Assembly: GCA_023920165.1 (NCBI GenBank)
Contig: CP089277.1
Coordinates: forward strand, 4,030,001 to 4,094,000
Direction: 5' to 3'
Length of the DNA: 64,000 bases
Source: Curvularia clavata
Taxonomy: Eukaryota
Shown here: piece by piece, positions 50,113 through 62,372 of the stretch
Layout of the letters: each line of letters begins with the position of its first letter
Position numbering within the stretch: the stretch's first letter is position 1
The notes under the pieces: generated by a model
What the model saw: the letters and a program-made list of their open reading frames with translations, nothing else
Database searches by the model: none
Told to the model about the DNA's origin: nothing
Made by a program: the position numbers and the translations under genes

Positions 50113-53100
50113 AGGGTGTGGTAGACCTTTATGTGATGATCCCCAAGAGCAGTACCAGGGTCCTCGGCAAAAACGTGGTGCTGGGTGGACGGTGATGGTC
50201 CACTAAAAACGACGCTACCGAGCAGCAGTCTGACGCGTGGAGAAGACTAGAAAACGGATTTTTTTTCAACATCTTGGCCTTGGCTGTTGTTGTAATAATG
50301 CAAGGCTTGCAGCTGGCGGAAGAGGCGCAAATAAACTGTGGAGATGCAGCGAGCCTAACAGGGTCTGGTGGTGGAGCCACACCGGCTGGGGCCAATCTTG
50401 GAGAAGAGCGGAGGACGCTTGCAGGTGCACAAGCGCGCTCGGCATAGGCTGCTTGTCGTCTTAGCCCGAGTGGTTTGCCTCCACCGTTACGTCACAGCTG
50501 CAAGCATCGGGAGAGAGGTGAGATGGAAGCGAACTGAGGACGGGCGGCACGTCAGACTGGCCAGCCGTTGCAAAGCGGGAGAGGAGAAGGAGCGAGAGAG
50601 AGGCCGATGGGGCGAAGAAGGCGATTCAGGCATACAAGGGCAGCAGTATTGACATGGGCAGCAGGTTGTATGTAGGGTGCAGGCTGCAGGTATGCTGTGC
50701 GGGTGTCACGAGTTGGGCGTTTATGGGGTTGGCGTGTGTGCATGTGTCTCCGCCTGCAGTAAGGAAGGCAGATTAGAGTACATACATGCACGTCCAGTCG
50801 ATGGAGTACCTACCTCCCTGGCATCTCTCTCTCTCTCTCTCTAGGCACAGCTCGGGCGACATGCCGCACTCAGGACATTGCGTTCTGAGTTTTTCGCAGG
50901 CAAAGGCTACACGAGCTTGGGTGACGTCACACACGGATGCAGGGTCTGACCAACCAGCAACCGTGCGCGTGCGGCTCTGCAATGTGGCGCCGATCTTTGC
51001 TAACACGGCTCGTAGCTGTGGAGCGTGAACGCACCAGCGCTGCGCCAGTGACGAGCGTCGTTGGATGGCCGGATACGCTACCCAACATGTGTGACAGATG
51101 CTGCAGCACCAGCACCTTGCTCGGCCAAAATTGCTTGCGGTGACGACTGCCGGCCGGGAATCATATCGCATACGTGCACGTCGCCGACCCCCATGGTCCT
51201 GGTTGGCTCTCTTTGCTGTCCTTAGTGTCGTCAACTCTTTTTTTTCCCGATCCCCAGACTCGCGACCCAAGATTGCCCAGGCAATGACGCTGCGCCGCCG
51301 TCGTCACCGTGAGGTAGCCAGATGGCATATCGTCGGCCCATGTCAGCGACGACATGGCGTGCCGCCTGCCAATGCGGGATAAGTTGCCAATGGCGAATGC
51401 TTAGCAGTCGGAGGGGATCGTGCGCTCGCGGTGCGGTTGAGCCTCTCGGGTCAGCCGTTCGCGGGGAGTGGGATGAGGCGTCCACCAGCATACGACGTTG
51501 ATCCGGCTCGGCCCAAACAGGAAGGTCCGGCTCGCTTGGCGCCCTCTACATGCAATGCACCACGCATACTACCCCAGGGCAGATGGGCATACATACACAC
51601 GCATGCACACACGCATACCACGAAATAAACCACAACAAACACTGCAGACAGCCGCATGTGACAATGGCCAGACTGATGCCCTCGGTCAGCTGCGCTGCCG
51701 ACCCCGTCTTCCCCACGGCCCAGAAGAGCTGCCTGCAGATCTCTCCAGTTCCCCATCATTTGCACGCACACAGCAACAATCTCCCGCAACCACCGCGCCC
51801 ACGGAAAAGACGGGTCCAACATGTCCTGCTAAAACACGCCAAACGCGCCTAACAATACCGCAGTCCACAAAAACATCCACTCTTCATGTCCACCTCGGAG
51901 CATCTCACACCGCGCACCTTCACACGTGTTCCTGCCAAGCATCACACCCTCTGGCCGCTCATTCGGATCCGCGTCCAATGTCGGCGTCTCCGCATCATGC
52001 ACATTGCAGAATGCCCCAACACAGATTATCACAATCACGCCTGCTTCTGCATCACATCCTGGGCCGCTTTCTGGCCCATCAGGGTTCCTCCAATAGCCCG
52101 CCAATCACCACGGCTCCCCGGATCGCGCTGTCAACCCATCTGGACCAGCTCGCTTGCTGTGATTCCACTTGGACACTTTCCTGTCTCCCTTCACCAGGAC
52201 GCTGGAACTGGGGAAAACGGCCGCCATCATAGTCGAAGCTCGTTTGTGCTCCATGTCTGCCAATCTCTCCCCTCTACCGTTAGCTCTCAACACAAGAGCT
52301 AGCCTAGGCTACCTAGCTCGTCCCCTGGCCCCTTTGTGTGTCCGCGGCACTGCTGTCGTGCCGCATACGGATGGTGAATGAGCCGTCTTCACGTTAATCC
52401 CGGACTTCTCATGTGCATGTCTTACTATTTCGCGCCACCCCCAAGCCCTTTCCCCGGTTCCCAAGACTTTGCCAAAGTCCGATAAACCCATTTCAAGTAC
52501 ATAGCCTCGTGTGTGGACCTCCAACATTCTCCACGCCCTGCTACTCGAGCAGTCATGTGTCCCACCATCTCACTCGCCAAGTTCGACTCCACTTTGCCCA
52601 TTGCCCTCCGTCTTAACCGAACAACGGTAACCGACATGCGACCGATAACTATTGCTTTTGAGGGGTTTTTTCCATGTCCCAATTCGACTTCTGATTGATA
52701 ATTCACAGTCATTGCCAAGTCGCCGCCTCTCACGTGCTGTTGGCACTTTCAATCTTGCATGCATGTGGTTCCGAGGTTCCTCCCGGCTCTCAACTACACA
52801 ATATCTTCTCATGCATCGCACCGATGTATCAACACCATGTGATTTAGCTGCCTCGCTTTACACTCTGACACCGAGATCCGAGTGTGTACGGCTGATGCCA
52901 TCACTACCTTGTCCTATCGCGCTTTCATTCGTACAATTCTTGCCAACATCTCGGCCAAAACATGTACTAGCGGAACACTCTAACCCTCGCGTATAGGATT
53001 TTTTTTGTTTGTTTAACCATCATCTGCTGCAAAGGCTCCCTTGGTTAGACAACAGCTCCTACCAGCGCTCCATATGAGCTCATATGCCCGAACATTTGCG

Positions 53101-53518
53101 CAAAGGAGTCTTTGACTCGTGTTTGTTTTGCAGTCATTCACGACCTTCCTAAGCAACACGTGCCGAATTTACAGTTTGTCTGCTCGCATGTTTCGCAGCT
53201 CAATGGTTTTGCCATTCTACGCCAGCCCCCATTCATGGTGACAATCGAGCTATAATCAATGTCAAAATCAGCTCGATTCAGCAAAGACGGTTTCACCACA
53301 GACGGCATTATCTAATTGCACTTATGCTCATGATAATTTGTACGGGCGAGAATATGGTTCAATGAGGTATTGTATTGATGTGTAATTGCTAATGATGATA
53401 GACAGAAGGTAATAGGACGATCAAAATACAATCCCTCTATAAACCTTACCCAGCTTTCTCTTTATTAAACAAAACTTACTAAAAGCAAGCAACTCACATC
53501 TCTTTGCCTAGCGAGAGC

Positions 53519-53970
53519 ATGGCCTGATAGCAGAACGCTGCTAGCACTGCGCCTGGTGTAAGAGCAGCTCCCAAAAGAGGAACTGGCTAAGAACTACGAT
53601 CCTACATACGAAGAAGAAGGTCCCTCTTGGCCTAGTGCCTTGGCATGATCTACAAGTATTCAAGTTGTAGGTGCAGTTACACTTTCGTTTCCAGCCATCG
53701 CTTTATACTTATTCCAACGTCTACCAGTGCTCACAGCGGTTCAATCAACACTTCGCGTTGCAACTCGGTGAACCCACTTCCCTGATAGTCGAAGATACTA
53801 CTGCTCCTTTTCTTACAAGCAAAGGACTCAAGCTAGCATCTTTTATTTTTCCTTCCTACTCATGCCAAATAGGACAGCTACACGTCACAAAGCTCAGTGC
53901 AAGTCTGATTGGCTTTGCAAAAATCCAACAGCTGAAGGATTCTAGCTTGATACTCGGTGTAACGTTATGA
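53519..53970 (+). pseudogene. possible degenerate histone H3-like gene relic
   Basis: TATAAA at 53438, ATG 53519; collinear fragments across stops and frameshifts: MA*.QNAA..G..AAPKR/ELAK, AL..IYKY/Q, LFQRL, STLR, AKIQQLKD..L. Confidence 0.35.
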
Positions 53971-55909
53971 GCGACAACTTTTCGGAAGTCTTGAATTCCC
54001 CCCTCTTCAGCTCTCCCCCTTTGGCCTAGAGTCGCATCATTTGTCTTTTCTTGTTCCATCTAAACAACCTTAAGAAGCACTCCCTCGCAGCTCGGTCGCA
54101 GTTCAGGCGTTAGTATACCGGAATATCGCAAACAACTCGTGCTCAATTAGTCAGAATAGACCGGCTGGAAGCGGCCCTTCTGTCAGCGTCGAACTACGAA
54201 TGCCAAGCGGTGCTTGATGGCCCAAGCCGGCCATGCAGACAAAGCAGGTGCCAGAGTGAGATTTTAGGTCCAGTGACCCAGTTCTGGCACTAACAAGAGG
54301 CCGTCATCACGCAACGTCTCAGGTGTCGAGGTATGAAACCTTGGGGGCGGATGGTCACAGAAAGTCTCTGCTATCTTTCCCCATCTTGTTTTTCCTGCTC
54401 TTCGTCCGAGACGAAACTTGTTCTGTTTGCACTAACTGTTTGCTGTCGATGACATGCTACGAGACTCACGTCGCGGGACAAGGTTCACACTCGCGACCCG
54501 CTCATGGGCAACACTAACTGAGAACTTGAGACCCGGTAGTGTGGAGCTGAGGACCGGAGAGAAAGAGAAAGAGGGCTGCTGCGGGAACACGGTAATCGCG
54601 GGATTGACATCAAGATCCACTCGTTTGTGGCGCCGGTCCGGCCCATGTTCTGCAGGGATAACCTGGAGAATCAATGTACAGGTCCGGACGGCCATTTGAG
54701 TTTGCCGGAACGAATACATAAGTCTTTTTTTTCTTGAGCCTGTGTTTTTGACCAGAAAGAGTTTCCATTGGTGCATCAGGGTGCTGCAAAATGCCGGTCG
54801 CGGCGATAAAGGACGATCCAGGCGCAGGGCTGACACCTGACCATGGCCATGGGTGCTACAGTGAGTTTGAAGAGTGACGCTTGTCTCCCAGGGAGTGCTT
54901 GTATGGGTAGTGCAGAAGGGCTGATACCAAGACATTGTGGTTTCCAAGGAGAATACGACATCAAGGTAAAGAAAAGTCTGGGCGGACAACGCGGCGAGTG
55001 CACAAAAGGGCCAGGACCTTCCGGTCAGACGTCGGCAGTGCTGCTATGTCTTGCAGGGTGGTTGTGTTTGAGAGTTGGGTTGTGGCTGATGTTAGCTGGC
55101 GGCCTTGAAGCCCCGGCGTCCGGCATATTTGCCAGGCTACGGCTTTTGCTTCCAGCATGGAGCTCGCAGAAGCTGTCACAGGTACTGAACAGCTGCGAAC
55201 GACATGAGAGAGGTGTCCATCCTAGCCTCACCGCCCATTCGTCTGGAGCAGCCACGCACACATCCATCGGAAGGCAAAGACCGATGAGTGTTTCGGCGTC
55301 GCGACGATCGATGGGTGCCGCCCACACAATGCGCACCGTGCATCAGCTGTATACATGGATGGCCTGCTGTGTACAGCATTCACTCCCGGCGTGTGTACAT
55401 ACGTGTCGCTGATATGTGAGCAAAGAAACCAATAATGGAATGGGCAGAAGGGAGGGGGAGCTGTACAGAAAGGAGATGATGACATGGATGGGGCGAACGA
55501 ATGGCTCTGGCGCTAACGCCTCTGGTCGGGACTGGGGAGCAGGCGCCCAATCGCTTCCTTGACAGACTTTGGATATGGCCGCAATTCACGCCATGCACAA
55601 AGGCCGTGCCGGAGCAAGCCCATTTGCGCTCTCAACAGGCGCGTTCCGTCCAACTCAAGAAGCTTGCTGCCCTAGCTGCATAACTTCTGCCATCCTGAAA
55701 CGCTGCCTTTTGCTACGGGGCGCGGCGGGGCATTCTTAGTCCCGGACGCCTTCGAGACCTTCAAAACCACACTGACGCACTCCCCGATTTGCACAGCAGA
55801 CAAAACTCGCGCCGGCGCCTCGTCCTTCTCTCTCTCGTCGGCCTCTGGATGACTATGCAGCACGTATCTGGCCGCAACCGCACTTTCAATCGACCTTGGA
55901 TGTGACTCA

Positions 55910-58750
55910 ATGGCGAACAGCAAGTAAGTAGTCGTCCGGACTCCGACTCCGACGTGCGCGAAACAAGCGACTGACAGACGCCTAGATATGAATACGTGCG
56001 CTTGTTTGAGCAGCCCGACATCTTGCTGTCCAACACCTGGATAGTAGTGCGAATCGATGGCCGTGGCTTTTCAAAGTACGTCCACTAGACTTATTTCATT
56101 CTTTCTTGCTCTCCCTCACCACCTATTTGCTGGTGGGAATTCTGATTGAGCCAGCATATGCAGGTACCCGTATCCTGCGGCATAGCCTGAGCGTGCGACC
56201 TCAGGCCAGTAATTTTTTTGCTTATCATGATACAACATCCAGCTGATCTTGCTGACCCTATGCCACCAGATTTACAACCAAATATAACTTCACAAAGCCC
56301 AATGACCAAAATGGCCTAGATGTCATGAACGCCGCGGCTAAGGCTGTCATGCAAGAAATACCCGACCTTGTCCTGGCATTCGGTAACAGCGACGAATACA
56401 GGTAGGTTTGTGTTGCCTCATTGGCCTGCGCCACGTTTGAGGGAGATGACAGTTCCCTGGAGCTCAGGGCCGCCCGCCTCGTCTCTACACGGACAGCCGT
56501 CCGCGTTTCAAAAGTTCGTTCAGCTGACGTGGGCTGTAGTTTCGTCTTTCATAAGGACTGCACCTTATTCGAGCGCCGAGCAAGGTACGGAAGCCCTGTT
56601 ATTGGTGCACCTGCACCATGCCGCGGCATGCTATTCCAATACTGACCCGTCCGCAGCAAGCTGACCACGACAATCGTCTCGACTTTCACTTCCTACTATG
56701 TTTATTCCTGGTCTCAGTACTTCCCACAAAAGCCGCTCACGCCCCCTCTCCCTTCCTTTGACGGGCGTGCAGTCTGCTATCCAAGTGACGCTAATCTCCG
56801 CGATTACATGAGTTGGAGACAGGTTGACTGTAAGTACTGAGCGATACCATCGACTTTGCGTTATGCCGTTTGACTTCCTGCAATTTCGCAAAATCCACCA
56901 TCAGTGTCTGATCGACATGTAGGTCACATAAACAATCTATACAATACTACCTTCTGGGCCCTGGTTCAGCAGGGAGGCATGGGTCCACGTGAAGCAGAGC
57001 AAAGACTCAAAGGAACAGTGGCATCCGACAAGAACGAAATCCTGTTCAAGGACTTCGGCATCAACTACAACAACGAGCCCGAGTGCTTTAGGAAGGGAAC
57101 TGTGCTGTATCGAGATGTAGGTCATGTTTGATTTGTATTAACATATTGAAGCATGGCACCTAACAACAATAGTTCTTCCCGCCAGCATTGGCTCCCGAGT
57201 TGCCAACACCCATGTTCTCAGAATTCCCTACACCACCCCTTGCTCAACCAAAACCTAGGCGGGCGTCGAAAGATCAATCTCGGTCCATTGAAAAAATCAT
57301 TCCACTGATGCCAGAGTCGGAGGATTTTGTGGTGTCGCCTGATTCGTTTTCACGTGCAACATTTCTCTCGACGACATCGACTCCCTCACCGCCGCCATCA
57401 CCACCCACCATGTCGAAAGGAGCATTCCCCAACCCGCTCCGGTCCAACCCTATCAGCAGCCGAGGTAGCCCTAATGTCCCTGATAATTCTCTTCCGCTCT
57501 CGCCGCCCTCGACTGCCACTTGGGCTACCAAGCCACATTCGAATGGCAAGCAGCCACTGCCCTCTTTGACACCTCTGCCTCTTTCCCCACCGACTTTAAA
57601 ACCGAGCACCAAGCCTCCATTGTCTCTGAACGCACCAAACCCAACAACACGCACAAACTTCTCACCGACGACACCACAGCACGACTTCCCTCCTGACTTT
57701 CCCGTTACGGGATACCGCCATAAACAAACGGCATCACTCAGTCAGGGCATCTCGCACTCAGCTTCCGCTTCTCTCTCTACACCACCGCCGCCACCACAAG
57801 ATCAGCAACATGGACTCAAAAGACGCTCACCCAGCCAGCCAACGCTCCCTACCTACGTCAACTCGAGTTCAAGTAGCAGAAGTACTACAGGACCACCGTT
57901 CATACCTTTGCGTATGTCAAGTATTCCCGCCAACAGCAAGCCTAGGAAACTATCGCTCTCTGTCCAACGGTCAACAAGCACGCTGAGAGCCACGAGGGAT
58001 GCCATTGACGGAACGGAGGGTGGTGCAGGTCCTAAAGAAGCAACTTCAACCCCGCCGCGCCGAGTCAGTCCACCAATGCAAAAGAACAAGGCTCTACCAA
58101 GCCCCCCAATGAGTGCAGAAGAGGAAATGCGTACAAGAGAGAAAGTCAAAGCCAGCAGCCCCCAACTCGACTGGAACAATTACAGCATGGCCTCCAATTC
58201 CAAAGACCCGCCACTGAGGCGAGCAAGCGACTCTGAAAACCAAAACAGCTACTGGACCACCAACGTCTACGCTCCCCACCCAGGCATCGCCGAACTTCCC
58301 GCCATCTCAACCGTAGCGACCGCCTCCGCCCCGACAACCGCAAAATCCCCCCTCACCTCATCATCTCTCCAATACCCTCCGGACATGCCTGCCCTCAACA
58401 CGTCTACCGCACCTGCACCAAAATCCCAGCCTTACCCCACAACACAGCCTTTCCCCAGCAGCATGCCCATGCGTAGTAACCTTCCTCTAAACCTCAAGCC
58501 TAAAGATTCAGTCTTGCCCAAACAACCGAACGACTCGCAGAAGCGGCGGCAGCCCGAGACGTCAGCAACCAAGAAGAAGGCCGAGGCAAGCACGGGAGAT
58601 GAGGGCCGCCCTGTCACTATGAGTCGTACGCAGCGCGAGAAGGATAGGAAGAAGAGGAGTAAAGCGGCGGTTCTGATGGAGCATGTGGATATTATAAAGG
58701 ATGAGTTTTGGGAGAAGAGGCCCTGGATATTGAGTGGGAAAACGGGGTAA
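55910..58750 (+). CDS. THG1: tRNA(His) guanylyltransferase Thg1 with a very large low-complexity insertion (7 exons, ~741 aa)
   Basis: Exons 55910-55923, 55986-56075, 56270-56401, 56540-56584, 56657-56829, 56923-57116, 57173-58750. [68 protein letters not shown]-tail [18 protein letters not shown]. Confidence 0.93.
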
Positions 58751-59553
58751 AGTGCGATAGCACTTTGGAACCTGAGCGATTTGGATGGGTTGTCGGGATG
58801 AACAACTCGGAGTGGTTTGATGTAAACTCTTTTCTTTGATTTCTTTCTTGAGCAATTACTTGAGCAGACCTGAGGGGTGAGCGTTTGCCCTCGGGAAGAG
58901 TGGCGCTCTTCACTCCTTTTCTTTCTTTTTTTACCAACTTTTTTTGGGCTGATGATGAGAGGATACATGGAATGAAAAAGGGGTAATTTTTTCCAGAGAA
59001 AAGGCGAGAATATATGTACGAATGGCATTTGTTGCGCATGTCCACGCTCCTTTACTACCTTGGATTAGGGTGGCTTGATAGGGGCATTACGTAGGAAACG
59101 TGTGGATCAGGAAAACCAGAAATAAAGAGTATATCCATATGTCTTACTTATTGGGGGTATATTGTAGCAGAATTTCTATGATATGCAATTCCCTCGTATT
59201 CTCTATCCGGGCCATTTCTCTACCCGATTCTAATCTTTGGCCAAGCCTTTTTCTCACCGCATCTATAGGCGTTTGACTGCACGGTTGCCGTTGCACCCAC
59301 AATGGTTAGTTGTTTAGTCAGACCATCTTTATTGTTGCTTCATGGAGTCACCGCCCGCTTGCCTGCAGACTAGACTTTGCTTAATGCTCTCGCACACGGG
59401 TGGTCATGTGCTGCTTCAAGCAGTGAGCTGGGGTGCGCAGAGACCCTCAATGTCCCGTATAATCCAGGTGCATGATGCGCTTGGCATAAGAATGTGTGAA
59501 AGTACACTTTCTGCCACCCTGTCTCTCGTATTTGGGAAAATTGAACTCTTCGT

Positions 59554-60316
59554 CTATTGCTTGCCATTCTTCTTCTGCTTCTTATCCGCCTTTTCCTGTT
59601 TCTTGGCCTTGGCTGCATCCTTGTCGCTCTTCTTCTCAATTCTACGGAGAACATATTGCTCAAGGGTCTGGCCCTTTGCCGCGGCGCGAGTCTCGTACTC
59701 AGCCTTCTCGGCAGGTTTCAGCTTCGCAAGCTTCTTTGCAACGATATCCTTTCCATCGCTGCTATCTTTGGGTTTCAAAGTTTTCCGAGATGACTCCGTC
59801 TTGCTCTTCTTGCTGATCTCGATCTCTGCTCCCTCCCGCTTGCGTTTGTTCTTCTTGTCGGATGATTTTGTAGGCGCTTCCGTATCGGAGGCAGAGGTCG
59901 GGGGCGTGCTGGTGCCGGATGAGGGGTTGGATGCGTCCGTAGGGGTTGCTGATGTGTCACCGATGGTTCCCTCTATTTGCTCGCCCTTGACGAAGAAGCC
60001 GTATAGGCCGCCACGGTTGATACCCTTGGTGCGGATCTGGTCGAGCGTGCTCTGTGCAGATAGTTAGCCAGAGAATCTTCCTCATGCGATGCCGGGCGCA
60101 TACGTCTTTTCCAGTGCCGATGCTTTGCAGACTCTGGTCGAACGCTCGCATCCACCATTGGTCGTCTGTTGTATGCGCCGCCTTCTTTTTGCCAAGTCCG
60201 AGCTGGTCGTTCTTGTGCGCAATAAGAAGCGGCTTCTTGATTCCGCGCCCGTTTGTGTCGAGCGAATGGCCGGAGCCTTGCCAGCCCTGCTTGCGCAGGT
60301 ATGCTTCGGCGTTCAT
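59554..60316 (-). CDS. G-patch-type, Lys-rich nucleolar protein (TMA23/PinX1-like), 2 exons
   Basis: MNAEAYLRKQGWQGSGHSL...GIKKPLLIAHK..LGLG..DQWWMRAFD|..GGLYGFFVKGE; Lys-rich C-terminus. Confidence 0.85.
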
Positions 60317-61063
60317 TGCTGGTGAAGATGAAAGGAACACGAGGGTTCGCGCCAGGAAATTTTGGTGGGGAAATTCTGGGCGTTAGCGCGCGCGTTGCAA
60401 TGCGGACCCCGGAGCCGCATCGTCTGTGTGCGGGCATTGAAGCGCCCATTGCTTTTTTCTTACACAAGGTAACTATAGAAATATGAAAAGGGCATTTGAT
60501 ATATTCTTGGGCATTTGCTCCTGACACTGTGTGCGAATGTTTCCCGCCCACACCCAAATTCTCCGATCCAACAGTATCTCTGCTCACGACACTCTGATGC
60601 GTCGTGCATCAATACCCACTCAAGCAAAAGAGGCAACTCAGAACTCTATATCATTTGTATTACGGCACTGCCGCTCGTGTAAGAATATGCTGAGTGTGAG
60701 AATGAGATATTTGTTTCTGCCGTTCACCCATACAAGATCCCAAGTTGAAGGATATGACTACTGTAGAGGAGAAGTTATTTAGTATCGTCTCACTTAAGAT
60801 TCATTCGGCTTTCTGCCAGCCAAAAGAGACTTTGAGAGTGCAGGTTTGTCAGCTTGAGCCTGGATGGCTCTTCTCTGATGTTGCCCAACCCCGTCGCCGT
60901 AGTGGCGCTAAGCCGACAAGAGTCTCCTTCCTCCTCTGATACACAACAGCTCCCAACAGTTTCTTTCCCTCTGTAGTCTGCCTTTGATTTTACTTCTGTC
61001 GGCCCAGCCTTTCCATTCCCCACTCGCTTCAATACGGTGCTAGTAGTCTACAACACAGTTAAC

Positions 61064-62372
61064 ATGAAGTCCTCACTTCTATCGTGGCTCCTTCCCACTG
61101 TATCGGTTGCGGCTGTCCTTCGATAAAAGCATATGCCTAACTATCCTGGTATTCAATTCTCTAGAGATGGAAAGCTGTTCATCACAGTCTTCAACGATCT
61201 CCACCTTGGTGAACGTAAGTCGCACAGTCACTGAAGCCTATGGCCAGCAGTCACTTACAATCTTGTGGCCGAGTTTGTGAGAAATCGACCCAATGCAGAT
61301 CTCAAGACTATTGGCGTCATCAAACCGGTACTCGAAAGCGAGAAGCCTGGCTTTTTAGCGTTCAACGGCGATCTCATTTCCTGCGAATGGGTCTCTCCCG
61401 ACGACGCCAACAAACTCATCGATAAAATCATCGCCCCGCTAGTTGACCATACTCTGCCTTTTGGGGTGGCATTTGGCAACCACGATGCCTCCAAAACTTG
61501 CAGCACTGCATCCATGTCAGAGCATATGTGGTGGGACGTCAAAAACAAGAATGGCAAGAAACTGTCATTCATAACGCAGTCTGTAACTGGCGAGGTCGAT
61601 CAGGTGGGCTGGAGCAACTACTTTGTGCCTGTATATAGTTCTACGAACAGGGGCGAGCTCAAAATGCTATTGTGGTTCTTTGATAGCAAAGGTGGGCGTA
61701 AGTATCAGCCAAATGGTGAGGATGTCGGGGTCCCTGACTGGGTAGACAACAAAGCGAGTAACCCCTCCAAGACGCGAGACAGCGCTGACTCGGCAGGTTG
61801 TTGACTGGTTTCGCAATACCAACGACGCCTTTAGCCAGCAGTACGGCCACGTGATTCCAAGCATGGCTTTTGTCCATATCCCAATGTCTGCAACCTGGTC
61901 GTTCCGTGGCAACTACCACACGCAGACCACCAATCCTGGGCTCAATGAAGAACTCATAGGGCATCAAGGCACTGCTTGTGACATCCATAGAAACAACTGC
62001 AGGTATAACAGAGCGGACATGCTTTTCATGAAGGCCCTTGTCTAGACCAAAGGCCTCATGGCGGTGTTTTCAGGTCATGACCACAACATCGATTGGTGCA
62101 TGAAGTGGGCTAAAAATCTTCCCAATATCTATCTGAGCAACGGTAATGGGCTGAAAATATACTTCAATCGACACTCTGGTTACGGCGGATACGCTGATTG
62201 GACTCGCGGAGCGCGCCAGATTAGTGTGAGTGAAGATATGTTAGCCAAGAATGTGGTCGAGACCTGGGTTCGTCTGGAAAATGGAAAAGTCTCGGGAAAA
62301 GTGACTCTCAACTCCACTTTTGGTACCGATCAGTACCCGGGAGTGGAAAGGTCCAAGTCTTCGGGTCTGTAG
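61064..62372 (+). pseudogene. calcineurin-like metallophosphoesterase (DCR2-like), secreted type, disrupted
   Basis: Motifs FNDLHLGE, FNGDLIS, FGNHD, AFVHIP, FSGHDH, RHSGYGGY; in-frame TAA at 61124-61126 and TAG at 62043-62045; degenerate splice sites. Confidence 0.8.

Noticed and set aside
48493..50206. Long antisense ORFs opposite the sugar porter (also opposite the G-patch, GFA and GH5 genes)
   Set aside because: Expected shadow ORFs from strong codon bias of the real genes.
52978..53055. Telomerase-template-like CTAACCCT followed by an Sm-like AT8G and an 11-bp hairpin (telomerase RNA or snRNA?)
   Set aside because: In fungal telomerase RNAs the template and Sm site are far apart. I could not recognise a pseudoknot, CR4/5 or snRNA consensus, and an 8-mer is expected by chance in 64 kb.
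54724..54976. Long-range pairing of CT8CTTGA with TCAAGGTAAAGAAAAG
   Set aside because: Low-complexity U/A pairing with bulges; not distinguishable from chance without covariation data.
62043..62045. A-to-I editing rescue (UAG to UGG) of the phosphoesterase stop
   Set aside because: A second TAA stop and damaged splice sites are also present, and such editing is established mainly for Sordariomycete sexual stages; pseudogenisation is simpler.
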